A stretch of 20,000 nucleotides of DNA, taken from IMG/VR virus record IMGVR_UViG_3300044641_009318, one strand, 5' to 3'. This document shows, piece by piece, positions 1-8,029 of this stretch (the first letter of the stretch is position 1; each line of letters opens with the position of its first letter). Source of the stretch: an uncultured virus (IMG/VR IMGVR_UViG_3300044641_009318). Lineage: Duplodnaviria; Heunggongvirae; Uroviricota; Caudoviricetes. The notes beneath the pieces were generated by a model. The model was not told the DNA's origin, searched no databases, and saw nothing but the letters and a program-made list of their open reading frames with translations. A program made the position numbers and the translations under genes.

Positions 1-78
1 TTAGCGTCAGGAAATTATTTGGTGATGTTGAACACAAATGAAGAAGTTTTGGTAGAAAAAGTAGGAAAAGTAAAATAA
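1..78 (+). CDS. 3' end of a secreted protein with a T9SS (Por) C-terminal sorting domain-like tail (partial)
   Basis: Frame 1 reads LASGNYLVMLNTNEEVLVEKVGKVK-stop (TAA 76-78), matching the L-x-x-G-x-Y...K-x-x-K pattern of type A T9SS CTDs; only 25 aa visible. Confidence 0.6.
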   Translation, partial: LASGNYLVMLNTNEEVLVEKVGKVK

Positions 79-81
79 AAT

Positions 82-108
82 CTTGAGGTCTCAAATTGAG
101 ACCTCAAG
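82..108. repeat. Perfect 13-bp inverted repeat (terminator/RNA-stabilising hairpin or operator)
   Basis: CTTGAGGTCTCAA-A-TTGAGACCTCAAG directly after the upstream stop codon; no long U-tract. Confidence 0.8.
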
Positions 109-150
109 TTAGCCCAATAAAAACAATAAACCCAATTAAATTTCAAAATC

Positions 151-459
151 ATGTCAGAAGAACAAGAAAATGACGGAACCTTGTCAGGTTTAAAAAAGAC
201 AATAATCGGAACTATTGCTACAGTTGTTACAGGCGGTGGTGTTTGGCTTTCTACCATGTTATTTGGTGGCGGAGCTGAAGAAGCTCCTACTCAACAAGCG
301 GCACCTGCACCTGTAGTTGTAAATGTTCAACAAAATCAAGAGAACACTCAGCAACAAAAAGGAGGGACTAACACAATTGTAAAGGAAACCATCAAAGAGG
401 TTCCTGCTCAACCTGTTAAAGAGGAGAAGAAAAGTGAGAGTGAAGACGCACCTTGGTAA
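151..459 (+). CDS. Small single-TM membrane protein with Q/P/E-rich tail
   Basis: 102-aa ORF, hydrophobic segment IIGTIATVVTGGGVWLSTMLFGGG, A-rich leader before ATG. Confidence 0.75.
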   Translation: MSEEQENDGTLSGLKKTIIGTIATVVTGGGVWLSTMLFGGGAEEAPTQQAAPAPVVVNVQQNQENTQQQKGGTNTIVKETIKEVPAQPVKEEKKSESEDAPW

Positions 460-1162
460 ATTATTACTTCCATTCTTTTTAGTTGTTGGACTTCAGTCTT
501 TTGGACAACCAATTGGTTCGGTCAAGACTGAAGAATTTACCGCTGACTTTGAAAAGAAAAAGTCTTTGGATGCTCTTCCACCCTACAATGGGACCGTTCA
601 AATACCAATTCAAATCTTGAAAATCGGAATCAGTGAAGATGTGTACGAAATGTATCCTGAACTAAAAGATGCGAGGGTCGGGATGGGTGTTACTAACATT
701 GTTTTGGAATATTTGGAGGAGACTCAAAGATTCATCTTCACTGAAGATAAGTTAGAAATCAAAGAAAGAATGGTTCAACAATTCAAGGCTTCCGCAAAAG
801 GCTTTACTGAAAACCAAGTCGATGGTAAAGGTAAAATCAAATTGGCAGAATACTTTGTTTACATAGAAGTTTATGATTTCTCGGTTGGTGAGGATGAAGT
901 TGTTGAAATTTCAGGGGTAACCATCAAACAAGTCACTCAGTTAGGTCTACAGATAAGATTTGTGGATGCCGAATCGGGTGAAGTGATAACAGGTTCAGGA
1001 CAAGGTAGGGCAACTACTACTAAAACCTCAACAACCTTAGGAGATTTAGAAGGACCTGTATTTAATAAATCAACTGTCGGAGTTTCTACAAAAAAAGCTT
1101 TGGAAACTGCTTCAGTAAGAGTTGTAGAAAAACTCATCAAAAAAGGTAAACTTGTAAATTAA
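434..1162 (+). CDS. CsgG/HfaB-family (curli secretion channel-like / TolB_N-FlgT fold) exported protein
   Basis: Signal peptide ending SFG|Q; motifs GMGVTNIVLEYLEETQRF, AEYFVYIEVYDF, LQIRFVDAESGEVITGSGQG typical of CsgG-like proteins; no lipobox Cys; GTG start uncertain. Confidence 0.7.
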   Translation: MRVKTHLGKLLLPFFLVVGLQSFGQPIGSVKTEEFTADFEKKKSLDALPPYNGTVQIPIQILKIGISEDVYEMYPELKDARVGMGVTNIVLEYLEETQRFIFTEDKLEIKERMVQQFKASAKGFTENQVDGKGKIKLAEYFVYIEVYDFSVGEDEVVEISGVTIKQVTQLGLQIRFVDAESGEVITGSGQGRATTTKTSTTLGDLEGPVFNKSTVGVSTKKALETASVRVVEKLIKKGKLVN

Positions 1163-1163
1163 T

Positions 1164-1505
1164 ATGTCATTAAAAAATTTCTTTTCAAGTAATGAATACG
1201 TTAAGGTGGACGATAAAAATCGTTTTTATTTCATGCTTCAACAAATGCAATCAAATAGATGGAGAATCACCGTCATTGTATTATTTCTATTTTTCTTCAT
1301 CATTTTTGGTATTAATCTAGCAACGTTTACAGGAGTTGACATTCATCAAGATTGGAACGAAATGTTGTTAATCCTATTAGGTGCTTTTGTTGGTAACTTA
1401 AATAAAGTTGTTGACTATTGGTTTAACTCAGAGGACCGTGATAAAATGTTAGTTCAGAAGGTTGACGAGGAAGATGGTGAAACGCTTTCTAACACAGGAG
1501 AATGA
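1164..1505 (+). CDS. Two-TM membrane protein (holin-like topology)
   Basis: Two hydrophobic helices (ITVIVLFLFFFIIFGINL; MLLILLGAFVGNLNKVVDYWF) and an acidic C-tail; coupled to neighbours. Confidence 0.7.
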   Translation: MSLKNFFSSNEYVKVDDKNRFYFMLQQMQSNRWRITVIVLFLFFFIIFGINLATFTGVDIHQDWNEMLLILLGAFVGNLNKVVDYWFNSEDRDKMLVQKVDEEDGETLSNTGE

Positions 1506-2986
1506 AAAAACTTTTAGTAATATTATCCCTTATTTTTACTTCAAATCTTTTTGGACAGGGGTTCACATATTCTTATGTGGACCCTTGTTCCAAGGAGACA
1601 AAAGTTCTGAATGTTAATTCCAATCAATTGATAACCGTCAATTACTTAGGAAACATCAGTAGTTTTAGCCAATCTGATTTCCTGAATGGTAACTTTGACA
1701 ATTGGATTAATCAAATACAATCCCAAGCCGCTAACCAACCATGTGATGAGTTACTTACCAACACCCAATCATCACAGAATATGTTTATAACTCAAAATTT
1801 AATATCTACTTTAACAAGTATTACAGCCAGTTCAACCATGACAGCATCAAATGCTGTTGCAAATTCCGTAGGTAATTCCAATTCAGGAAACGGAAACTCT
1901 CGTAGAGGTAACAACTCTTCGAATAATCAACAAAATACGAATTCAAATGGAACAACTAATAATTCTCAAGGAAATTCATCAAATAATGCGACGTCTCAGA
2001 ACGGAGGAACTAACCAAGGAACAAACCAATCTTCTTCATCTACAAATGGAACAGGAAATAATCAAGAAGGAGGAACAACTAACCAATCAAATAATGTTCC
2101 TCAAGGGGGAAGTGGAACGTCTCAGCGGTCTGTAAACCCCTCAAGTCAAGGAAATACACATTCTGGCTCAAATACGGGTCAGAATAGTGGTGGTAACACC
2201 CAATCGGGTTCGAACACTTCTCAAGGACAATCTCAAGGACAAAATGTTCCTGATGGTTCGACAAAACAAAATGAAAGTTCAGGTGGAGGCACAGGAGGAA
2301 CGACAAACTCAGTTTCGAATGCTGTTTCATCATCGGGTGGTAAATCAGGAGGAAGGGCAAACGTAGGAAGTGTTATAGGAACTGGTGATATTGTTGCAAT
2401 CAGAGTAAATGAAGACAAGAGTAGTCAACTCAGAGGTACAATGTCAGTAACAAAATCCAATACAAACAATACCCGAGCAAAAGGGCTCCTATTGAACTTT
2501 ACTTCAACTGTAAACAACACAAATCTTACTCTTTATGGGGCATTCAACAATACGAAAAGGACTAACACCTTTATTATTGCTAATTCATCGATGATTGACT
2601 TTGAAAGAAACTTTTTCAACACTACAACGATGATGGACTCAAAAAAAATTGGTAAGACGGCATTTATGGGTGGTTTGAATTTTACGGTTGGTGGTTTGGG
2701 GGGTGAAGTATTTACCAACCTTTCAGCTGTTGGTGGCGGTTTCCATCCATTTAAATTGAGTCAGAAAATATCAGGTAACATTTTGGTTTTAGGGGTATAT
2801 TCACCATTCACAAAGTTTTACGAGGGTAAATGGTGGGATTCAGGGCTTTTGATAGTTCCTTTTTCTTCATGGGATTATACTATATCTAAGAACTTTAAGT
2901 ACAACATAAGTTTATCTGGTACTTATGAATTTAAGGGAAGCGTTTTACAGTTCCAAGTATTAACAGGAGGGAAAATATTATTATGA
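1502..2986 (+). CDS. Exported protein with N/S/G/Q-rich low-complexity linker and beta-strand-rich (putative outer-membrane barrel) C-terminal domain
   Basis: Signal peptide ending LFG|Q; two Cys in the N-domain; about aa 120-285 is N/S/G/Q/T-rich; C-terminal alternating hydrophobic strands ending QFQVLTGGKILL; ATGA overlaps at both ends. Confidence 0.7.
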   Translation: MKKLLVILSLIFTSNLFGQGFTYSYVDPCSKETKVLNVNSNQLITVNYLGNISSFSQSDFLNGNFDNWINQIQSQAANQPCDELLTNTQSSQNMFITQNLISTLTSITASSTMTASNAVANSVGNSNSGNGNSRRGNNSSNNQQNTNSNGTTNNSQGNSSNNATSQNGGTNQGTNQSSSSTNGTGNNQEGGTTNQSNNVPQGGSGTSQRSVNPSSQGNTHSGSNTGQNSGGNTQSGSNTSQGQSQGQNVPDGSTKQNESSGGGTGGTTNSVSNAVSSSGGKSGGRANVGSVIGTGDIVAIRVNEDKSSQLRGTMSVTKSNTNNTRAKGLLLNFTSTVNNTNLTLYGAFNNTKRTNTFIIANSSMIDFERNFFNTTTMMDSKKIGKTAFMGGLNFTVGGLGGEVFTNLSAVGGGFHPFKLSQKISGNILVLGVYSPFTKFYEGKWWDSGLLIVPFSSWDYTISKNFKYNISLSGTYEFKGSVLQFQVLTGGKILL

Positions 2987-3435
2987 AAAACTTTATTTTG
3001 ATTTCAATTATTAGCTTATTAACTGTTCCGAGTTTTGCACAAAATTGTTACTCGGTTTTCAAGGTTGAAAACTTAACAGAAAATCCTGATTTGTCTTCGA
3101 AGAAATTTGTTTTTGGATTGAAACAATTGACTGAGGAACTTATGGGGGAAAAATTTACAATCTGTGAACAAGGTTTACCGATTCACGTTTCTATAACTTC
3201 TATAGAGGCACCAACAGTTGGAATCAACATTGGTCCTTTTATGATTAAAAAAAAGAATACAATTGTTAAAGTGATTATTCAGAAAGACGGGATTGAATAT
3301 TCAGGAGAAGGTTCTGCTAAGTTGTCAGTAAAAGCGAGTTTTGCAGAACTCAGAGATGAGAACCTACCATTCGAAAAATCAACATTCGCAAGTGCGGTAA
3401 AAAAGGCGTTAGAGGTTTCTGTTTCTAAGATGTGA
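2983..3435 (+). CDS. Short exported CsgG-like paralog
   Basis: Signal peptide SFA|Q; SGEGSA and PFEKSTFASAVKKALE align with GSGQGRA and PVFNKSTVGVSTKKALE of ORF 434-1162. Confidence 0.6.
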   Translation: MKNFILISIISLLTVPSFAQNCYSVFKVENLTENPDLSSKKFVFGLKQLTEELMGEKFTICEQGLPIHVSITSIEAPTVGINIGPFMIKKKNTIVKVIIQKDGIEYSGEGSAKLSVKASFAELRDENLPFEKSTFASAVKKALEVSVSKM

Positions 3436-4622
3436 TGAAAGGATTTTTGATAGTCATATCATTCTTTTTATTTGGCGTTCTACATGGTCAAGAATTTACG
3501 TTCTCGGGTTATGTTTATGATGCTGACCAAACAGGTGTTGCCAATGTTCCTGTAGAACTCTATACACGGTCCATATCAAATTATCAAATAAATGAACCAA
3601 CTTACTCCAATTATAGTTTTACTGGAGGAGCGTCTTTAGCGGGATGTGACGATTGTGTTCAAGGTCCATACAACATAGGTTTTACATTCAATTATTTTGG
3701 AAACAACTACACTCAATTTTACGTTAGTTCAAATGGTTGGATAGGTTTTTCTGCGGGACAAACCAATGGATATACCGCTCAATTTCTACCCAACGGAGGT
3801 GCACCTAAAAACGCAATTCTGGCGGATTGGGAGGATTTATTACCCAACACAGGTAATATGAACTACTACACCACAGGAACCGCTCCGAACAGAGTATTAG
3901 TATTCAACTTTAACAACGTGCCACACTATGGTTGTAGGTCTAATCTCCACACTTTTCAAATTGTTTTATTCGAAACCACAAATGTTATTGATGTAAACTT
4001 TCAATCAAAACCTTTATGTGGGGGTAACGGAGCAACACTCGGATTAACTAACATCGATGGGGGGAAGGTCGTTCCTGTTGGCGGTAAAAACGCCAGTGCT
4101 TGGTCTATTTTAACGCCACAAAAGTATCGTTTCAGTCCCTCAGTAGTATCAAATGAATTTGTTTTGAATCGTTCAGTTATGACTAACTCACAAGGGAGAT
4201 ATCAGTTCTTAACAACAGGATTAGATGTGAATAATTTTGAGTTTAGGGTACAGTTTACGGCGCCAATTCCCACCCAACAATTTACAAATAATGATGGTAA
4301 AAGAATAAGTGACATTGTTTTCGGTTTGGTTGGGACTAATGGTTTGAATTATTATCGTTTTGACTTGAATAATGATGGAAAAATAAATGTTTCTGACCAA
4401 TATTTTTTGTTTGGTTTGAAATCGGGTTTAATAACCACACCTATTGTGCCGAGGTCTTCTATTTTCACTCCAAGTGAATTTATCTCAATAACAAATTCAA
4501 CGACAAACGTTCGTTCATTATACCCAGGTTCTTTGTCTATAATGACGGGAAATCTAACCCGTGGGGGTTCACAAAACTTCTACATAATTACACCTGGATA
4601 TTCAGGTAAAGTAAATTTCTAA
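3435..4622 (+). CDS. Exported adhesin-like protein: prealbumin/CarboxypepD_reg-like domain, NIDO-like insert, dockerin/EF-hand-like motif
   Basis: Signal peptide LHG|Q; FSGYVYDADQTGVANVPVELY...TNSQGRYQF; DD..QGPYNIGFTFNYFGNNYTQFYVSSNGWIGF; DLNNDGKINVSD; TGATG overlap with the upstream stop. Confidence 0.65.
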   Translation: MKGFLIVISFFLFGVLHGQEFTFSGYVYDADQTGVANVPVELYTRSISNYQINEPTYSNYSFTGGASLAGCDDCVQGPYNIGFTFNYFGNNYTQFYVSSNGWIGFSAGQTNGYTAQFLPNGGAPKNAILADWEDLLPNTGNMNYYTTGTAPNRVLVFNFNNVPHYGCRSNLHTFQIVLFETTNVIDVNFQSKPLCGGNGATLGLTNIDGGKVVPVGGKNASAWSILTPQKYRFSPSVVSNEFVLNRSVMTNSQGRYQFLTTGLDVNNFEFRVQFTAPIPTQQFTNNDGKRISDIVFGLVGTNGLNYYRFDLNNDGKINVSDQYFLFGLKSGLITTPIVPRSSIFTPSEFISITNSTTNVRSLYPGSLSIMTGNLTRGGSQNFYIITPGYSGKVNF

Positions 4623-4624
4623 CT

Positions 4625-5224
4625 ATGAAAACTATAACTAATATTTCATTGATGTTTGGTGTTTTTGTTTTGTTCGTATCGAACATTACAATGACAGACG
4701 TATTGATAAAAAAACCAATTTATGAGGTCTATTATTCCCAAAAATTAGAACAACCACTTTGGTTATCTTATGAATCAACAAATCGTCCGACAAATGTCAA
4801 CAGAGGTTCCATGGATTTTTACGCTGAAAAAAACATTAAGACCTCGGACCACCAAGATTACGCTAAAAATGTTTACGATAAAGGACATTTGGCACCTGCG
4901 GCAACCTTTAGTGATAATATGGAAAATCTAAAAACAACCTTCTCGTATTTAAACTGTGCTCTTCAAGACCAATATTTGAATCGTGGTGAATGGAGACTTT
5001 TAGAGGAACAAGAAAGAAAATGGGATGACAAGGAAAACCTTTTTATAAAAATTACCTTAAACTATGATAAGACTTCAATAGTACTTCCAACTAACGCAAC
5101 TGTACCTGACGGGTTTACAAAGCACATTTTTTTCAAGAACTCAAAGGAATGGAAATGTTATCACTTCCCAAACAAAAAACCTGAAAAAGGTTGGGAGGAA
5201 CACAAGATTGTCTGTAAACATTAA
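4625..5224 (+). CDS. DNA/RNA non-specific endonuclease (NucA/Serratia nuclease family), N-terminal signal/anchor
   Basis: YDKGHLAPAA (DRGH-type active site), TFSYLNCALQ...LNRGEWRLLE, VPDGFTK. Confidence 0.9.
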   Translation: MKTITNISLMFGVFVLFVSNITMTDVLIKKPIYEVYYSQKLEQPLWLSYESTNRPTNVNRGSMDFYAEKNIKTSDHQDYAKNVYDKGHLAPAATFSDNMENLKTTFSYLNCALQDQYLNRGEWRLLEEQERKWDDKENLFIKITLNYDKTSIVLPTNATVPDGFTKHIFFKNSKEWKCYHFPNKKPEKGWEEHKIVCKH

Positions 5225-5782
5225 TTAAGTTTTCAACTTATCGTAGAGAATTTGTGAAATTCTTTCAGGGTCCTTAGTGTTTTCTTCGGATAATAAATTT
5301 TTTGTCATTTCATAAATCTTGAAATAGTGTTCATCCCCGAGTGATTTATAAAATCCTTTGGGGATGATTTCGTTTGGGGACATAAGACCCAATTTTTTCA
5401 TTTGGTGTAACTTTTGTTCCGCATATCGGTCAGCGGTAACTTCCATCTGTCTTAGAAATGACAAACCTTCTGAGACTGAAAATTCTTTTGTATGTATTGC
5501 CATCATTTTTTTCGTACCATATTTTTTGAATTGGTATTGATGGGCAACCTCATGGAAAAGTGCGAACAATAAACTCGGTAGTGATGTGTTCATCACCTTG
5601 GGTGAAAAGATTATACCATTTGGTAAAGACAATGCGACACCATACCTCAGAGAATGGATTTCAATTGAAACGAGTCCCGAAGAATCGAAGGTTTCCCAAA
5701 AGTAACTTCTTGAAGACTTAAGTTCAGGATACTTTCTCATCAGTATATCCAAAAACACCTCTAAACTATCGTTGACACCCAT
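5225..5782 (-). CDS. Putative zinc metallopeptidase (HEXXH; ImmA/IrrE/M48-like)
   Basis: LFHEVAHQYQ followed by EVTADRYA (E-x-x-A-D) motif. Confidence 0.65.
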   Translation of the reverse strand: MGVNDSLEVFLDILMRKYPELKSSRSYFWETFDSSGLVSIEIHSLRYGVALSLPNGIIFSPKVMNTSLPSLLFALFHEVAHQYQFKKYGTKKMMAIHTKEFSVSEGLSFLRQMEVTADRYAEQKLHQMKKLGLMSPNEIIPKGFYKSLGDEHYFKIYEMTKNLLSEENTKDPERISQILYDKLKT

Positions 5783-5822
5783 TTTTACACGACTAATTGT
5801 TTATGTTAATATATTTATAATT

Positions 5823-6089
5823 ATGAAAGTTGTCAAACTCACCGAAAAGGATTTGGAAAAAATATTCGAGAAAATAATTTCCGAAGAAAAAGGATTACCT
5901 CAGTCTTTCGGATTCAACATGGTTCAAGATAAAAAGAAATCGAGTAGGGATAGAAAAATTGATATTCTCAGTCAGAAGTTCCTTCCTAAATTTGATGAGA
6001 TTGCTAAAGAATATGGTGAAGATGTCGCAATTGAAGCTGCGGAGGAACTTTTACAGTTGTTAGTTAGAAAATATATTTCAGAATCTTAA
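5823..6089 (+). CDS. Hypothetical phage protein with MKVVKLTEKDL...IISE leader
   Basis: ATG 5823 lies 3 nt after ATATTTATA (5811-5819); start reassigned from the TTG of the ORF track. Confidence 0.7.
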   Translation: MKVVKLTEKDLEKIFEKIISEEKGLPQSFGFNMVQDKKKSSRDRKIDILSQKFLPKFDEIAKEYGEDVAIEAAEELLQLLVRKYISES

Positions 6090-6111
6090 GTTTTGTTGTA
6101 CATTTAAGAAA

Positions 6112-6339
6112 ATGAAATATTTTAAAAGAAACCTTTCTGTATTTAATGGTGAAACCGATAAAAAGGGTGGACATAATCAGTGGTTATCTCGCCTTACCAA
6201 ATTAGATTATTTAATTTTCGAATTCGGTTTTTGGAAACCAAACTACGACCACTTTTGGTATGATGGACAACATCACAATCTTTCTTTGGGTTTCATAAGA
6301 ATATTTTGGGGAGGTGCTCCTTTTAAGGACATTCCTTAA
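6112..6339 (+). CDS. Hypothetical aromatic-rich protein
   Basis: 75-aa ORF preceded by TTTTGTTGTACATTT, identical to the promoter segment at 9321-9335. Confidence 0.6.
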   Translation: MKYFKRNLSVFNGETDKKGGHNQWLSRLTKLDYLIFEFGFWKPNYDHFWYDGQHHNLSLGFIRIFWGGAPFKDIP

Positions 6340-6542
6340 CTTTCTTTATACCCACAGGTACAATTATCACATCCACAACCAACATCCTCTTTTTTTGGTA
6401 AAACCCTGAAAGTACAGATTGGTTTACCATTTACTAAAGGCATTCCCCAATCATCGTACGTTATAGTTTTCACAACTACCTTTTTGTTTTTGAACCTACC
6501 CATCAGGATGGTGTCTCCAACTTGAACATTCAATTTTATCAT
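6336..6542 (-). CDS. Small beta-rich (SH3/KOW-like) phage protein with C-terminal CGCDNCTCG
   Basis: 68-aa ORF; ATATTTAT motif 4 nt upstream on the minus strand. Confidence 0.65.
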   Translation of the reverse strand: MIKLNVQVGDTILMGRFKNKKVVVKTITYDDWGMPLVNGKPICTFRVLPKKEDVGCGCDNCTCGYKES

Positions 6543-6554
6543 GTTGATAAATAT

Positions 6555-6586
6555 TTTGACAGGATTATGTTTTTGTCTTACCTTTG
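6555..6586 (+). promoter_or_regulatory. Bacteroidota housekeeping-sigma promoter (-33/-7)
   Basis: TTTG (6555-58), 20-nt spacer, TACCTTTG (6579-86), ATG at 6598. Confidence 0.75.
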
Positions 6587-6597
6587 AAAAAAAAGTT

Positions 6598-6825
6598 ATG
6601 GAAAAGATTGTTCACTACGGAGACATCCACAAATGGGTAAAGAAAGTTATCTTGTCTTGTGAGACCCAACAACAACTTAACTCGGCGGAAAGACTTGTTC
6701 GTTACTTTGATAATCATAGTTCCTTGACTGAGCTTAGAAATAAAGACTTTCGCGCGTTTATGGATTTAAGCATGGAACTCGGAAGACTTGTGATTCTTAG
6801 ACAAAATGAACTAATCAATTCCTAA
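6598..6825 (+). CDS. Hypothetical helical phage protein
   Basis: MEKIVHYGDIHKWVKKVILSCETQQQL...; start reassigned to the ATG downstream of the promoter. Confidence 0.65.
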   Translation: MEKIVHYGDIHKWVKKVILSCETQQQLNSAERLVRYFDNHSSLTELRNKDFRAFMDLSMELGRLVILRQNELINS

Positions 6826-7206
6826 GGGTTCATAGAGAATCCACATTCTCAACTCAATAGGACCATCTTCCTTAAACTGAGAACAATCTTCTCTTACGTC
6901 TGAAGAAAAGATACTAACTCGGTAGAGAAAGTCGTCTGAGACAAGGATTTTACCTTCATAACCCATGAGTTCGAGTTCTTTAATGTAATTTTGAGCGTTC
7001 AACTCGTCCGTGAATGAACCCACCACAACATGATACTCACGAAGAACTTCTTCCTCATAGGTTGGTTTGTCTTCTAAATTTTCATAAGGGTCTGACTCGA
7101 CAATCCTTTCAGGGAGTTCACCTTCCTCTATACGTAATTTACTGGCACCAATCAATAGGAATATCCCGATTGCCAATAAAACAAAAAATTCAGACCATCT
7201 ATTCAT
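6811..7206 (-). CDS. Membrane-anchored SPOR-domain protein
   Basis: N-terminal TM; YHVVVGSFTDELNAQNYIKEL...G...YRVSI matches the SPOR consensus. Confidence 0.8.
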   Translation of the reverse strand: MNRWSEFFVLLAIGIFLLIGASKLRIEEGELPERIVESDPYENLEDKPTYEEEVLREYHVVVGSFTDELNAQNYIKELELMGYEGKILVSDDFLYRVSIFSSDVREDCSQFKEDGPIELRMWILYEPLGID

Positions 7207-7279
7207 ATCCCAAATATAATTATAAATTTTTTTGTCTTCAACCTATTCAAAATCAATTTTCAGTGATTATATTTTGGTT

Positions 7280-7576
7280 ATGGAAAACTTTGATATTGTT
7301 CAGAGGTCTTTTAGTTGGTCGGTTAGTGAACAACTACCCAAGTTCGAATCAAGATATTTGACAGATTCAGAACTAATGTTGGTCGAAATTAAAGGAGAAG
7401 GACTCAACATCCGTTTAGAGAAACGAAAAAATGAATTTGATACAAGTTGTTGGATGAAAGTTGACGGTAGACAAGTGTTACATTACAAGGGCAATATCAC
7501 CGAATGCTTAGAACAACTCAGTAAAAAAATAGGATGGTGGAAAGACCCCGAAAAAAGGGTGAAAATTAACCTTTAA
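7280..7576 (+). CDS. Hypothetical protein
   Basis: MENFDIVQRSFSW...; ATG 7280 follows TATATTTTGG (near -7 element). Confidence 0.6.
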   Translation: MENFDIVQRSFSWSVSEQLPKFESRYLTDSELMLVEIKGEGLNIRLEKRKNEFDTSCWMKVDGRQVLHYKGNITECLEQLSKKIGWWKDPEKRVKINL

Positions 7577-7688
7577 CTTCCTTCATCAAACGATTGATAA
7601 CCTCAAGATTCAAAACTTGTTTCTTGTTTCTTTCGTTTACCGTTTTTTTGTTAGTCGGTTTTGGTAAAGATTTACGTGATTTTGCCAT
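7566..7688 (-). CDS. 40-aa basic protein (not in the ORF track)
   Basis: Hand translation MAKSRKSLPKPTNKKTVNERNKKQVLNLEVINRLMKEVKG; ATG 4 nt after the stop of the upstream minus-strand gene, A-rich leader. Confidence 0.6.
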   Translation of the reverse strand: MAKSRKSLPKPTNKKTVNERNKKQVLNLEVINRLMKEVKG

Positions 7689-7692
7689 TTTT

Positions 7693-8013
7693 TTAATTTA
7701 CTTCAAATAAAACTCTGTGTGTTGGAATGTCAAGAAACTCCCTTATGTACTTTGAATACTTTCTTTCTAAGTATTCTTCAATGTAATCGTAGTCAGAAGG
7801 TCTTATTTCATCCCAATTAACTGTTACGTAAACATTGATTACTTTACCCATCATTGGATGATTCCTCAAAGTGTAGAATGCGTTTTCCAATTCGCCCTTG
7901 GAAAGTCTTGTCAGAAATGTATTGAATCGGTCCTCCACTTTGGGATAGTTCATTTCAGAGGAATCTTCCATCAGTTTTTTCAGTTGGGATTCAGTTATGA
8001 CAATAGTTCTCAT
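7693..8013 (-). CDS. Hypothetical protein with MRTIVITESQL leader
   Basis: Start reassigned to ATG 8013; ATATTTAT at 8025-8018 upstream; removes overlap with the next gene. Confidence 0.7.
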   Translation of the reverse strand: MRTIVITESQLKKLMEDSSEMNYPKVEDRFNTFLTRLSKGELENAFYTLRNHPMMGKVINVYVTVNWDEIRPSDYDYIEEYLERKYSKYIREFLDIPTHRVLFEVN

Positions 8014-8029
8014 AATCATAAATATTTTG

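Noticed and set aside
1860..2360. Canonical curlin (CsgA/CsgB) repeats
   Set aside because: No regular ~22-aa Q-x-G-x-x-N-x-A-x-x-x-Q periodicity; only compositional similarity
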